In this document: piece after piece, positions 36,970 to 47,062 of the stretch
Numbering within the stretch: the first letter of the stretch is position 1
Layout of the letters: each line of letters opens with the position of its first letter
Source: Pseudobdellovibrionaceae bacterium
GTDB taxonomy: Bacteria; Bdellovibrionota; Bdellovibrionia; Bdellovibrionales; Bdellovibrionaceae
DNA length: 53,941 nt
Assembly: GCA_041288045.1 (NCBI GenBank)
Contig: JBGGMM010000068.1
Location: 1-53,941 of the forward strand
Direction: 5' to 3'
Position numbers and translations under genes: made by a program
Notes under the pieces: model-generated
What the model saw: the letters and a program-made list of their open reading frames with translations, nothing else
What the model was told of the DNA's origin: nothing
The model's database searches: none

Positions 36970-38661
36970 ATGGAAAATCTTCGCACGCGTAGCATTTTGG
37001 CATTGCTTGGAGTCTTGCTGGCTTTTGCTTGGGTGGCTCCGAATTTTATCGATTTCAAAGGCAAATGGATTTCCGATAAAAAACTCAATTACGGCTTGGA
37101 CATCCAGGGTGGTTTGCATTTGGTGATGGGTGTGGACGTGGCTGGAGTCGTGAACGAATCCGTGACTCGTCTGTCAGCCAGTTTGAAAAGCGATTTGGAA
37201 AAAGAGGGCATCACAGTCACGCAAGTGCGCCCGACCAACGCGCAAAATGGCGAATTGGAAATTCAATTTCCTTCCGCTGATCTCAAGGATAAAATCAGCA
37301 AACACATTGATGATCGTTATCCTTCCATGTTGCAGATCATGGGATCGACGGATTCAGCCATCACAGTTCGCTACTATGATTCTTACCTTCGCGATTACAA
37401 ATCCAAAGTCATTCAGCAAGCCATTGAAACAATTCGCAATCGAATTGACGAATTCGGCGTGGCTGAACCCAGCATTTCCCAGCAAGGCTCAGATCGCATT
37501 CTGGTTCAGCTTCCTGGAATGGCCGATGCTGAAAAAGCCAAAGCTCTGGTGAACACAGCGGCTCGCCTGGATTTCATGCCTGTCTTAGATCAGGAAAAAT
37601 CTCCGCAAGAATTGCAGGACTTGATCGCCGATGCTGAGAAAACTGGAAACTACAATCTTCAGACTTTGAAATACTCAGATTATGTGGCTCGTTTGAATCA
37701 GGATCTGAAGGCAAAGCTTCCTCCCAATTCCCTGGTGCTCTTTGAAAAAGCCGAAAACGCGCAAACATTAGAAGCGGGACGCCAGGCTTTGATCGTGAAG
37801 ACAGATTCCAATTTGACCGGAGCCGATCTGGATGATGCCAGTGTCGGATTTGGTCAGTACGGTGAACCCATTGTTTCATTGACCTTTAATTCTGTTGGCG
37901 CAGGAAAATTCAAAGACCTAACAACGGCCTGGGTGAACAAGCGCATGGCGATTGTTTTGGATAAAGTGGTGAAATCAGCACCGAACATCAATGAGCCCAT
38001 TGGTGGAGGCACAGCTCAAATCACTTTGGGTCGCAGCCAAGATCGCGAACAGATGATGGAAGAAGCCAAAATGATTTCCACTTCACTTCGCGCTGGAGCT
38101 TTGCCAGCTTCTTTGGATCAGCTGGAAGAGCGACGAGTGGGTCCAACTCTCGGCGGAGACTCCATCCGGAAAGCCATTTTGGCCAGCTGGATCGGAGCCA
38201 TTGTCATTTTGATTTTCATGGCGGTTCGCTACCGAGGCATGGGACTGATTACCGATCTGGTCCTCGCATTGAATATTGTCTGTATTTTAGCTTTGCTGAC
38301 GACTTTGGGCGCGACTTTGACTTTGCCGGGGATTGCCGGGATTGCGCTGACCGTGGGCTTTGCCGTGGATGCCAACGTGCTGATCAATGAACGAATGCGT
38401 GAGGAATTGAATAAAGGTTCCAGCTTTGTTTTGGCTATCAAAGAAGGTTACAGCCGAGCCATGTCAGCTATTTTGGATGCCAACGCCATGGTGGCAGCAA
38501 CCGCTTTCATTCTTTTGTATTTCGGAACCGGACCAGTGAAGGGATTTGCTGTCACATTGCTCATCGGGATTGTGACCACTCTTTTTGCCAATGTCTTTGT
38601 TTCGAAAGTCATTGTTGATGTCCTGATTCATAAATTCGGTTTCAAAAAGTTGTCGGTGTAG
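36970..38661 (+). CDS. secD: Protein translocase subunit SecD
   Basis: GLDIQGG, IRNRID.FGVAEP, LRAGALPA, VGPTLG, TLTLPGIAG…VDANVLINER. Confidence 0.97.
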   Translation: MENLRTRSILALLGVLLAFAWVAPNFIDFKGKWISDKKLNYGLDIQGGLHLVMGVDVAGVVNESVTRLSASLKSDLEKEGITVTQVRPTNAQNGELEIQFPSADLKDKISKHIDDRYPSMLQIMGSTDSAITVRYYDSYLRDYKSKVIQQAIETIRNRIDEFGVAEPSISQQGSDRILVQLPGMADAEKAKALVNTAARLDFMPVLDQEKSPQELQDLIADAEKTGNYNLQTLKYSDYVARLNQDLKAKLPPNSLVLFEKAENAQTLEAGRQALIVKTDSNLTGADLDDASVGFGQYGEPIVSLTFNSVGAGKFKDLTTAWVNKRMAIVLDKVVKSAPNINEPIGGGTAQITLGRSQDREQMMEEAKMISTSLRAGALPASLDQLEERRVGPTLGGDSIRKAILASWIGAIVILIFMAVRYRGMGLITDLVLALNIVCILALLTTLGATLTLPGIAGIALTVGFAVDANVLINERMREELNKGSSFVLAIKEGYSRAMSAILDANAMVAATAFILLYFGTGPVKGFAVTLLIGIVTTLFANVFVSKVIVDVLIHKFGFKKLSV

Positions 38662-38670
38662 GGGGTGTCC

Positions 38671-39609
38671 ATGAAATCCAATCAAACTCATGATTACGGA
38701 AAATTCGATTTTGTCGGTAAAGTCGGGATCTTTGGTGGAATCTCATTGTTTCTCGTCGTGGCCTCTTTGGTCTATTTGGCGGTTCGCGGAATCACCTACG
38801 GGATCGACTTTGCTGGTGGAACCGAGATCCAAGTGAAATTCTCTCAGCCTGTGACCATCGACCAAGTTCGAGCTCTGGCTGAAAAGCAAAACCTCTTGAA
38901 CGTGGGACTTCAGTCTTTCGGAGAGGGGAGTGAATACATCATTCGCTTTCAAACTCATGAAGGCGCGACTGATAAAGAGACCAACGAAAACCAAGTCAAA
39001 GCTGTTGCTCAATTGCGAGAAGCGATCAATACAGAATTCGCCGCCGCTCAGCCTGATTTTCGCCGAGTGGATTCGGTAGGACCGCAGGTGGGAGCTGAGC
39101 TCAAGAGAAACGGGCTTTTGGCCGTTTTTTACTGTCTTTTGATGATCCTCATCTATGTGGCCCTGCGCTTTGATTACTCTTTTGCGCCAGGAGCTGTGGT
39201 CTGTTTGGCCCATGATGCGATTATCACCATGGCGCTTTTTGTTTTCACCGGTCGTGAGGTGAATGTTCCCATTCTCGCTGCGATTTTGACCTTGATTGGT
39301 TATTCTTTGAATGACACCATCGTGGTCTTTGACCGAATTCGTGAAACAGAACATCTTTACCACGACAAGGGCATCCGTTTTGTCATTAATAAATCCATCA
39401 ACGACATGTTTGGCCGCACTCTGATCACATCAGGGACGACATTTGTTTCGGCAACAGCACTGTATCTGTTTGCAGACGGAACCATTGGCGATATTGCCTT
39501 TGCCATGTGTGTGGGTATTTTCTTTGGAACTTACTCTTCTATTTACGTGGCAGCACCGATGATTTTGATGGTGGAAAAATTCAGATCTCTCAAGAAGGCG
39601 GCGGCCTAA
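38671..39609 (+). CDS. secF: Protein translocase subunit SecF
   Basis: GIDFAGGT, VGPQVGAEL, HDAIIT, IGYSLNDTIVVFDRIRE, GTYSSIYVA. Start 38665 or 38671. Confidence 0.97.
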   Translation: MKSNQTHDYGKFDFVGKVGIFGGISLFLVVASLVYLAVRGITYGIDFAGGTEIQVKFSQPVTIDQVRALAEKQNLLNVGLQSFGEGSEYIIRFQTHEGATDKETNENQVKAVAQLREAINTEFAAAQPDFRRVDSVGPQVGAELKRNGLLAVFYCLLMILIYVALRFDYSFAPGAVVCLAHDAIITMALFVFTGREVNVPILAAILTLIGYSLNDTIVVFDRIRETEHLYHDKGIRFVINKSINDMFGRTLITSGTTFVSATALYLFADGTIGDIAFAMCVGIFFGTYSSIYVAAPMILMVEKFRSLKKAAA

Positions 39610-39628
39610 GAGAAGAAAGAGGCGGGCT

Positions 39629-41371
39629 GTGGAACGGCTATGGCGCTCGCGCGAAGATTCGATCCTCAATCAGGGCGAGGTTTCCAGTGAAATCTCGCCA
39701 GCTGATTTTCCGCCTCTCATTCGACGCCTTTTGCACTCTCGTGGCTTAAAAGAAAAACTTCAGGTCAGCAAATGGCTCTCTCCCAAATTAGGGGATCTTC
39801 GGGATCCCGCCACTTTGCTCGACATGCAAATCGGCGTGACCCGGCTAGTCCAAGCCTTTCGTGTGCAAGAAAAAATCTGCATTTATGCGGACTTTGATTT
39901 GGATGGGACTTCTGGGCTTGCGCTCTTAAATGATGGCCTCAAGCAATTGGGTTTTCAGAATTTGGTTTTGGCTCAACCCAAAAGGCTTTCCGAAGGCTAT
40001 GGCTTTCACTCTCACATTGTCGAAGATCTCAAAGCTCAAGGGGTTTCAGTCATTGTGACGATCGATGTGGGAATCACGGCTTTTCAGGCCTGTGAAAAAG
40101 CCAAAGAGCTTGGGGTGGATGTGATCCTCACAGATCATCATCAGCCCAGTGACAGGCTTCCCCTGGCTTTGGCTGTGATCAATCCCAATCGCAAAGATGA
40201 CACTTCAAAACTGGGTTATCTGAGCGGGGCCGGAGTGGCTTTTTATTTTCTACGAGCTTTGAAACGGGGACTTTTAGAGGCAGGATTGATTTCTGAAAAT
40301 GCTTTGGATCTAAAATCAGTCTTGGATTGTTTTTGCATTGCCACTCTCACCGACATGGTGCCTTTGGTTGAAGACAATCGAGTCTTAGTGAAACAGGGCC
40401 TGGTTCAGCTGGAACACACCAAACGGGCCGGGCTTCGCGCTCTTTTGGAAGAATTGGATCTCTCCGGCCGCTCGCTGAGCAGTCAGGATGTGGCGATTCG
40501 TTTTGCTCCCAAGCTCAATGCCCTGTCTCGAATGGAAATGGGGATTCTGCCGATTGATCTTTATTTGGTCGAAGATTTGCCGACAGCTCGAAACATGGTG
40601 CAAACAGTCCTTAAAAACAATTCGACTCGAGTCCAGTTGCAGGGCGCCGGTGAGAGTGAAGCATTGGAGCGACTCAAAACCTGGCCACATGAAAAATTTG
40701 TTTTTCTCACTTCTAAAAATTTTCATAAGGGTGTTGTTGGCCTGATTGCGACCAAAATTTCTTTGCAAAAAAATGTTCCAGCTTTCATTGGGGCGATCAA
40801 TGAAGAAGGGGTGATCACTGGAAGTGCTCGCTTGCCTCAAGGTTTCGTCAATGGTCTTTTGGGAGCTCTTGAGTCGGGGCGAGAGCATTTGGTTCGCTTC
40901 GGTGGTCACGAAGCAGCTGCTGGATTTGAGTTGCATGAAAATCAGCAAGAAGCCTTTCTAGAAAAACTTGTACAGTATTTTGAATTGCAGGAACGGCAAG
41001 GGCAAAAATGCATTGATTTCGATCTAGAGGCGGATTTGGCCGAGATCACGGAAAATCTCATGCGGTGGTTTGAAGTGATGGGACCTTTTGGCCAGAGCTT
41101 TGAAAACCCAGTGCTCTGCTTTCGGCATGTGGTCCTTCAAGATGTCATTGTTCTCAAGGGCAATCATTTGAAATTCAAACTGCAAGACCGCGAGGGGCAA
41201 AAGAAAGTCGATGGAATTTATTTTTCACCTCCTCCGGCCCTGCTTGAGAATCTTCCCGCGAAGGGAAGTCTTGTGGATCTTTTGGGTGAGCTTCAGTGGA
41301 ATTATTTTTCTGGTCGGCGAAGCGTTCAGATTCTATTGAAGGATTTGAAGCTTTCGAAGGGAGAGGGATGA
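39629..41371 (+). CDS. recJ: Single-stranded-DNA-specific exonuclease RecJ
   Basis: YADFDLDG, R..EGYG, TIDVG, TDHH (DHH), GSAR, FGGHEAAAG, PFGQ. Confidence 0.95.
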   Translation: MERLWRSREDSILNQGEVSSEISPADFPPLIRRLLHSRGLKEKLQVSKWLSPKLGDLRDPATLLDMQIGVTRLVQAFRVQEKICIYADFDLDGTSGLALLNDGLKQLGFQNLVLAQPKRLSEGYGFHSHIVEDLKAQGVSVIVTIDVGITAFQACEKAKELGVDVILTDHHQPSDRLPLALAVINPNRKDDTSKLGYLSGAGVAFYFLRALKRGLLEAGLISENALDLKSVLDCFCIATLTDMVPLVEDNRVLVKQGLVQLEHTKRAGLRALLEELDLSGRSLSSQDVAIRFAPKLNALSRMEMGILPIDLYLVEDLPTARNMVQTVLKNNSTRVQLQGAGESEALERLKTWPHEKFVFLTSKNFHKGVVGLIATKISLQKNVPAFIGAINEEGVITGSARLPQGFVNGLLGALESGREHLVRFGGHEAAAGFELHENQQEAFLEKLVQYFELQERQGQKCIDFDLEADLAEITENLMRWFEVMGPFGQSFENPVLCFRHVVLQDVIVLKGNHLKFKLQDREGQKKVDGIYFSPPPALLENLPAKGSLVDLLGELQWNYFSGRRSVQILLKDLKLSKGEG

Positions 41372-41592
41372 AAAAGAAATCCAAAGTCAAAACGAAAAAA
41401 ACGGCAAAAAAGCCAAATTTGAAAAAGCGGGCCTCACAGAGGGTTCTCTCGGCGGCGGCTCAGCTGCGAAGAACGACAAAAAAGCTGGTGGATGATGTTT
41501 TTTTAAAATTGGTGGGAAGCAAAGTTTTGGCTCGCTCTGAAGAAATTCAAAAAACCATGAAAAAAGAAAGAAAGTCCAAAAAGAAAAAATGA
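41368..41592 (+). CDS. Small, very basic Lys-rich protein (74 aa)
   Basis: ATGA overlaps with recJ (41368) and queC (41589), GGGAG/GAGGG SD. Confidence 0.7.
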   Translation: MKKKSKVKTKKTAKKPNLKKRASQRVLSAAAQLRRTTKKLVDDVFLKLVGSKVLARSEEIQKTMKKERKSKKKK

Positions 41593-42278
41593 AAAAATCG
41601 GTTGTTCTTCTCAGTGGAGGCATGGATTCCAGTGTGAATCTCCTCGCTGCCCGCGAGGAAAGCCAAGTGGTTTTAGCACTGACCTTTGATTATGGCCAAA
41701 GAGCCGCCCCAAAAGAAATCGAAGTGACTTCGAAGCTCACTAAAAAACTGCAGATCCCGCATCGGGTTCTCCCACTTCCTTTTTTTTCTGATCTTGGCCA
41801 CTCCTCATTGATTGATCGCCAGCAAACAGTTCCGGTGGGTTCGGCCGTTTCGATTGACGACCCAAAGACCTCGGAAAAGACGGCTCAATCTGTCTGGGTT
41901 CCCAACCGCAATGGAATTTTTCTCAATGTGGCTGCAGGCTTTGCTGAAGCTTTGGGGGCTGACTGGATCGTTCCTGGTTTCAATCAAGAAGAGGCCAGTA
42001 CCTTTCCGGATAACTCCGAAGAGTATTTGCAGGCCGCCACCCAGTCGTTGAAATTTTCAACTGCCAATCAGGTGCAAGTGAAATGCTTCACTGTGAAAAT
42101 GAATAAAACGGAAATTGTCGGGCTTGGGTTGAAACTTCAGATGGACTGGAGCTGGATGTGGCCCTGCTATTTCAATCAGTCCCGCTGGTGTGGTCAGTGT
42201 GAATCCTGCCAAAGATCCAAGCGAGCTTTGCGGGCCCAGGGTGTTGCTGTTGAAACCTATTTTGAAAGTGCAAAATGA
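41589..42278 (+). CDS. queC: 7-cyano-7-deazaguanine synthase
   Basis: VLLSGGMDS, FDYGQR, VPNRN.IFL, FPDN, Zn motif CY…CGQCESC. Confidence 0.95.
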   Translation: MKKSVVLLSGGMDSSVNLLAAREESQVVLALTFDYGQRAAPKEIEVTSKLTKKLQIPHRVLPLPFFSDLGHSSLIDRQQTVPVGSAVSIDDPKTSEKTAQSVWVPNRNGIFLNVAAGFAEALGADWIVPGFNQEEASTFPDNSEEYLQAATQSLKFSTANQVQVKCFTVKMNKTEIVGLGLKLQMDWSWMWPCYFNQSRWCGQCESCQRSKRALRAQGVAVETYFESAK

Positions 42279-42838
42279 AAACTCAGTGGCTCAATCAAAC
42301 AGTCAAATATGATGGCACTCAATTAAGATCCCTCTATGCCTATCTTGGGCATCAATTGCTGGGGGATTCGGCTGTGGCTTGGCGGGGAGCTTGTGATGTG
42401 AGCTTTGAGCACATGGTGGATGGCGAAGATCTCTTAGATGGTTCTTTGATCCGCGGCTCTGATATGGTTCATTTCATTATTGAGATCTTTGACCAAAGTT
42501 TAATGAGCGGCGTTTTGCTGCAGAGGCTTTTTGCCGGGATTGTCCGGGATGTGCTTTGGCAGCTCAGTCCTTTGGCAAATCTGGAAATTCAGCGACAAGG
42601 GGACGATCTTTACTGGAATCAAAAAAAATTGAGCATCAGCATTGCCACTCAGTCCCCGGTTTCGACGATGGTGCATTTTGCAATCAACGTTTCGCCTGAA
42701 GGTGCGCCAGTCGCAGCGGCTGGCCTTTTGGATCTACAAGTGGATGTGAAAAAATTTGCTGAAGCCTGTTTACAGCAACTCCAACAGGAATATCAGTCAA
42801 TGCAAGAAGCGACCTGGAAGGTTCGGCCCGTGCCATGA
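42275..42838 (+). CDS. DUF366 family protein (lipoate/biotin-ligase-like fold)
   Basis: YDGTQL, W.G.C.V…MVD.ED, HFI.E.FD, LQRL, R.GDDL….KLSISIAT, HFAINV. Confidence 0.8.
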   Translation: MKTQWLNQTVKYDGTQLRSLYAYLGHQLLGDSAVAWRGACDVSFEHMVDGEDLLDGSLIRGSDMVHFIIEIFDQSLMSGVLLQRLFAGIVRDVLWQLSPLANLEIQRQGDDLYWNQKKLSISIATQSPVSTMVHFAINVSPEGAPVAAAGLLDLQVDVKKFAEACLQQLQQEYQSMQEATWKVRPVP

Positions 42839-44184
42839 GTGCTCGCTTGAATTTTCTTTGCGTCAGCGCCGATGAGCTCACTTTAAAACGCTGCCAAGAG
42901 ACGGCCCGCGAATTCGAATACTCTTATCAGCAGGTTCCTAAAATTGAAGCGCTTGTTGAAATGATGGACAAATTCGATTTGGTTCAATTTGTTCTTTACA
43001 ATGCCAGCCAAGTGCAAAACAAAGATGAAATTTCAGGGGCGGTACAAGCCATCCGTCAGATTTTCAAAGATAGTTTCATCTGCGTGGTGGTCAATAAGAA
43101 AATTCCGCCAGAGCTTGCAAGCTTTGTGAAAAAATCGGGAGCTCATCTTTTGCTTCTGGAAAATGAATTTCATGAAACCAGCCGCTTAGAATTTATTGCT
43201 TCGCAAATCATCCGCGCCTCCTACGTGCCCGTGAAGCTCACTGAATTTCCAAAAGACTGTGTGCTGGATTTTACTCTTTTTCATCTCATGCCTTTGAATC
43301 AAAAATTAATTCCAGTCCTTCCCAAAGGCACGCCTCTGGCAGAAGGACGAATGAAAAAGCTTGAAGGCATCGGCGAAGTCTTTGTCAAAAGAGAAGAGGT
43401 GGATCGCTATCGCCATTATGTCGAGGGCCATCCCGACATGTCGGGCACAGGTCTCAAGAGCCGCTGTCGGGCCCAGTACCTTTCTTTCTGCAACTCTCAC
43501 ACGCAGCTGATTTTTCTGCTTTTGGATCAAAGCGAAAGCGGCTCTTACAAAGAAGGCAAATGGCTTTATGACCGCTGCGAAATTCTCGCTAAGGATTTGA
43601 TCACCACGCTTTCGGCAGTGGGCGAGGCCTGGGACATCGTCAATAATTCTTCTATCGGTGAATTCGGCTCGGTCGAGCGAGCGCCAACCATTGCCGCCTA
43701 TTCGGGGCTTTTAAGTCTGCTGACAACCTTGGGAGAGCCTGTCGAGGTCATGACTGCGGCTCTGTTGTCAGATGTGGGAATGCTCGAGCTGCACCCGCGG
43801 ATCACCAAAAAATTGAGACAAACAGGAAATTTCGAAGAGCTTTCACCGGAAGATCTAGAGGCTTACAAAAAACATCCTGTTCTCAGTGTCAATCGCTGCC
43901 TAGAGCGAAAACTGCAGCTGCCAGACGGGGTGAAAGAGTTCATTCTTAACACTCATGAAAGAGCTGATGGCAAAGGCTTTCCGGCTGGCCGCACTTTGGA
44001 TAAAATTCCTCAGGAGGCCATGCTCATCCAGTTCAGCGAACTCATCGATCGAGGCGCCATGATCCGCATGGGCCATCCTCGCACTTCTGTGCAACAAGTC
44101 CGCGACTCTCTGATGGAGTCTGAATTCAAAAGCGGCAAGATTTTTTCTCTCGCTTTTATGCAAAAGCTCAAGCCGGTGGTTTGA
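42835..44184 (+). CDS. Degenerate HD-GYP domain protein with N-terminal receiver-like region
   Basis: LLSDVG in place of HD, KKHP, THERADGKGFP.G in place of HHE…GYP. Confidence 0.75.
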   Translation: MSARLNFLCVSADELTLKRCQETAREFEYSYQQVPKIEALVEMMDKFDLVQFVLYNASQVQNKDEISGAVQAIRQIFKDSFICVVVNKKIPPELASFVKKSGAHLLLLENEFHETSRLEFIASQIIRASYVPVKLTEFPKDCVLDFTLFHLMPLNQKLIPVLPKGTPLAEGRMKKLEGIGEVFVKREEVDRYRHYVEGHPDMSGTGLKSRCRAQYLSFCNSHTQLIFLLLDQSESGSYKEGKWLYDRCEILAKDLITTLSAVGEAWDIVNNSSIGEFGSVERAPTIAAYSGLLSLLTTLGEPVEVMTAALLSDVGMLELHPRITKKLRQTGNFEELSPEDLEAYKKHPVLSVNRCLERKLQLPDGVKEFILNTHERADGKGFPAGRTLDKIPQEAMLIQFSELIDRGAMIRMGHPRTSVQQVRDSLMESEFKSGKIFSLAFMQKLKPVV

Positions 44185-44250
44185 GTTATCTCAAAAGCTG
44201 ATCATCCGGAGCTTTGAATGAACACGGCACAAGAGGTATATTCGCGCAGA

Positions 44251-44271
44251 GCAACACCACCGTGGTGTTGC
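44251..44271. repeat. Palindrome between convergent genes
   Basis: GCAACACCAC-C-GTGGTGTTGC. Confidence 0.6.
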
Positions 44272-44304
44272 GGTGTTTAAGTTGAAGATGGCTCGGCTGG
44301 CAGA

Positions 44305-44640
44305 TCAATCGGCGCGAAAGACGAAGTAAATGGCACCGACTAAGCACAGGCTGGCCCAGAGGTAATCGAGCTTCAGGGGTTGCTTCATGAAAAAGTAGGA
44401 GAATCCGGCGAAGACCACCATGGTGATTGTTTCTTGCATGATTTTTAATTGTGGCAATGAGTAATTTTCGCTTCCCCAGCGGTTGGCTGGGACTTGCAGG
44501 GCGTACTCAAAAAGGGCGATTCCCCAGCTGATCAGGATCACCCAGTGAAGAGGTGTGTCTTTCAAAGTTTTTAAGTGGCCATACCAGGCAAAGGTCATAA
44601 AAATATTAGAGGCGAAAAGAAGAAAGATGGGAGTGATCAT
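44305..44640 (-). CDS. DMT family small membrane protein (DUF486)
   Basis: SNIFMTFAWYGHLK, SWGIALFEY.LQVPANR.G, QLKIMQE.IT. Confidence 0.9.
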   Translation of the reverse strand: MITPIFLLFASNIFMTFAWYGHLKTLKDTPLHWVILISWGIALFEYALQVPANRWGSENYSLPQLKIMQETITMVVFAGFSYFFMKQPLKLDYLWASLCLVGAIYFVFRAD

Positions 44641-44656
44641 TGAAGGCTCCTGCTGA

Positions 44657-46264
44657 TCATGAGCGAGTGTTGTAGGCGTGAGAGCACAGAAGGCTGGCGA
44701 TTCGTTTGTACTCTGAAAGCAGATCCAAATGAATTGAACTGGTGTTGATGGATTCTCTGAGGCCTCGGTTCAGACGGGTGATATGACTTTCGCGCAATTG
44801 AATTTCAAGCCGAGCCAAATCCCGCTTCAGTTGAATGGCTTCTTCGCACATTTCTCGGTTGTGGTAGGCATTGATGGCCATGGAGGCGACTCGGATCACT
44901 TGTGCATGCATTTTTTGAATGTCTTCCCAGCCCTCTTTTGAAAATTCAAGCTTCAGAGCGTTCTTCTTGATCGCCAAAGCCACAAGGTTGATATCAATCG
45001 AATCCGCTGATCTTTCCAGATCACTTAAAAACATGATGGTGCTCATGATCCCCTGATGGACAGCGGTGGCGCTTTTGTTGGCGTGATCCAAAAGAAACAT
45101 TTTGGTTTCGCGGTAAAGATAGTCGACTTTGTTGTCGCGATCTTTGATGGATTCAATCAAAGGCGGATCGGCATGATCGAAGAGCTTGATGGAGTCTTGA
45201 ATCATCGAGATCACAATGTCTGCTGTTCGCATGATTTCCCGATTGGCATAAGAGACGGCCAGTGCTGTGGATTGATAGTTGTTCATGGAAAGATACTCGG
45301 CGGTAAAATCCTCTTTTGGATTTTTTGGAAAGAGCTTTTCAATGAAACGTGAGGCCGGTCGGATGAAGGGAAAGAAAATGGCTGCTGAAATCAAATTGAA
45401 TATCAAATGGCCATTGGCGACTTCACGGGCGGCCGTATTGTGAAAGTACATAATGAGTTTCACAAAGTACTCATGCACAGGGCCGATCAGAAAAATCACC
45501 ACACTCAAGGTTTTATAGAAAAAATGAGCCCAAGCCACCTGCCTGCCGACGTGATTGCTGCCAATTGCCGCCAACAGGGCCGTCGAAGTGGTTCCAATAT
45601 TGGCGCCATAAACCCAAAACATCGCATCATGCAGGGTCAGGGCTCCGGCTTGCACCAAAGAAATCACCAATCCCACAGTCACAGCACTGCTTTGCACGAA
45701 AGCACAAAAAATGATCGAAATAAAAAGCGAAAGGTGCGGATTGCTTTTCAAAGTGAGAAGAGTTTCTTTCAAGCTCTCCAGCTCGGCATAATGGTGAGCA
45801 GCCGCAGAAATCAGTTTCATCCCTAAAAACAAAAACGAAAATCCAATGAACACAGAGGCAATGGTTTTAAGGCCCGGTTTTCTTGAGAAAAAATAAACGG
45901 CAAAAGAGACGATCAAAGCCGGAAGCGAATAAGATCCTAAATCCAAACTGATCAGCTGAACTGTGATCGTGGAACCAATCGCAGTGCCGATGATCACCCC
46001 CATGACTTGCGGAAGCGAGATCACTTTGGCTGAACCCAATCCCACCAGCATAGAGGTCACAGCTCCGGAACTTTGCAGCAAGGTGGTGAGGGAAATTCCA
46101 ATCACAATTGCTAAAAAATGGCTCGAAGAGAGCTTGTTGAGAAGCAGGGAAATCCGCCCTGACATCAGAATCTCAAGAGCGTGAGAGGCAATGCTCATGC
46201 CGTAGAGAAAAATGGCGACACCGCCAAATAATATCACCAGGTAACTGCTATGAAGCTCGAGCAT
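44657..46264 (-). CDS. Na/Pi cotransporter family protein with PhoU-like C-terminus
   Basis: Duplicated QSS.A.T and G..IG[ST]T motifs, multiple TMs, C-terminal NTSSIHLDLLSEYKRI. Confidence 0.9.
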   Translation of the reverse strand: MLELHSSYLVILFGGVAIFLYGMSIASHALEILMSGRISLLLNKLSSSHFLAIVIGISLTTLLQSSGAVTSMLVGLGSAKVISLPQVMGVIIGTAIGSTITVQLISLDLGSYSLPALIVSFAVYFFSRKPGLKTIASVFIGFSFLFLGMKLISAAAHHYAELESLKETLLTLKSNPHLSLFISIIFCAFVQSSAVTVGLVISLVQAGALTLHDAMFWVYGANIGTTSTALLAAIGSNHVGRQVAWAHFFYKTLSVVIFLIGPVHEYFVKLIMYFHNTAAREVANGHLIFNLISAAIFFPFIRPASRFIEKLFPKNPKEDFTAEYLSMNNYQSTALAVSYANREIMRTADIVISMIQDSIKLFDHADPPLIESIKDRDNKVDYLYRETKMFLLDHANKSATAVHQGIMSTIMFLSDLERSADSIDINLVALAIKKNALKLEFSKEGWEDIQKMHAQVIRVASMAINAYHNREMCEEAIQLKRDLARLEIQLRESHITRLNRGLRESINTSSIHLDLLSEYKRIASLLCSHAYNTRS

Positions 46265-47009
46265 GGCTCTCTCCGGAAATGGTTTTTTTTCTCTTCACGA
46301 TCAGAAAAGCGGCCAGTGATCCTGAAATGAAAGCGGGAACAAAAAATCCCAAATAATGAATTTGAAAAAACAAAAAGGCCGATACCACAGAGCCGAATGT
46401 GAAAGAAAGGATCAAACCAGCCCGCAGCCAATTGCCGCGGATTTCATTTTTTCTCATGAGATCACTTTGTGCAGATCCAAAAGCTCGCACCAACCCCACT
46501 CCAAGATCTGTGGTGATTCCCGTCAAGTGACTGGTGCGAATGACAGCACCTGATGCCAAAGTGATGGTTGCATTTTGAATTCCGCTGCAAAGGCACAGAA
46601 GCGCCATGAGCGTATAGTCACTGGAAAGCATCCAAGGAGCACCAAAGATTCCAAACGATCCCTTCTCTCCGGCCAGAGCCACATACACCATGACAAGACA
46701 AATGAATGAAAACATCCAGTCATAGCGAGGTCTTTTCCCAAGCGCCAATCGGCGGTCGACAAAAAATCCAGAGGTCATGGCACCCATCAAAAAAAACAAG
46801 GGGACTGAAAGCATTCCCCAGGCAGCTGAAAAATTGCCTTGAGCCACTTCGGTGCCGAAGAAAGTTGAAAATCCGGTGGTGTGAGTCACGAAGCGGTGGC
46901 AGGCTAAAAATCCTCCGGCATTGATGGCACCAGATTGAAAGGCCATGGAAAGCCAAATGGAAACATTTCGAGTGTTGAACTGAGCGATGGATTCCCGACC
47001 GAAAAACAT
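46248..47009 (-). CDS. YoaK/DUF1275 family membrane protein
   Basis: AFQSGAINAGGF…FVTHTTG and GIQNA…IRTSHLTG.TTDLG. Confidence 0.88.
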   Translation of the reverse strand: MFFGRESIAQFNTRNVSIWLSMAFQSGAINAGGFLACHRFVTHTTGFSTFFGTEVAQGNFSAAWGMLSVPLFFLMGAMTSGFFVDRRLALGKRPRYDWMFSFICLVMVYVALAGEKGSFGIFGAPWMLSSDYTLMALLCLCSGIQNATITLASGAVIRTSHLTGITTDLGVGLVRAFGSAQSDLMRKNEIRGNWLRAGLILSFTFGSVVSAFLFFQIHYLGFFVPAFISGSLAAFLIVKRKKTISGESHARAS

Positions 47010-47062
47010 AACCCATCATAGCAGGTTGACCAGAAGCCGTCGAGCCGACACACTGGGAACTC

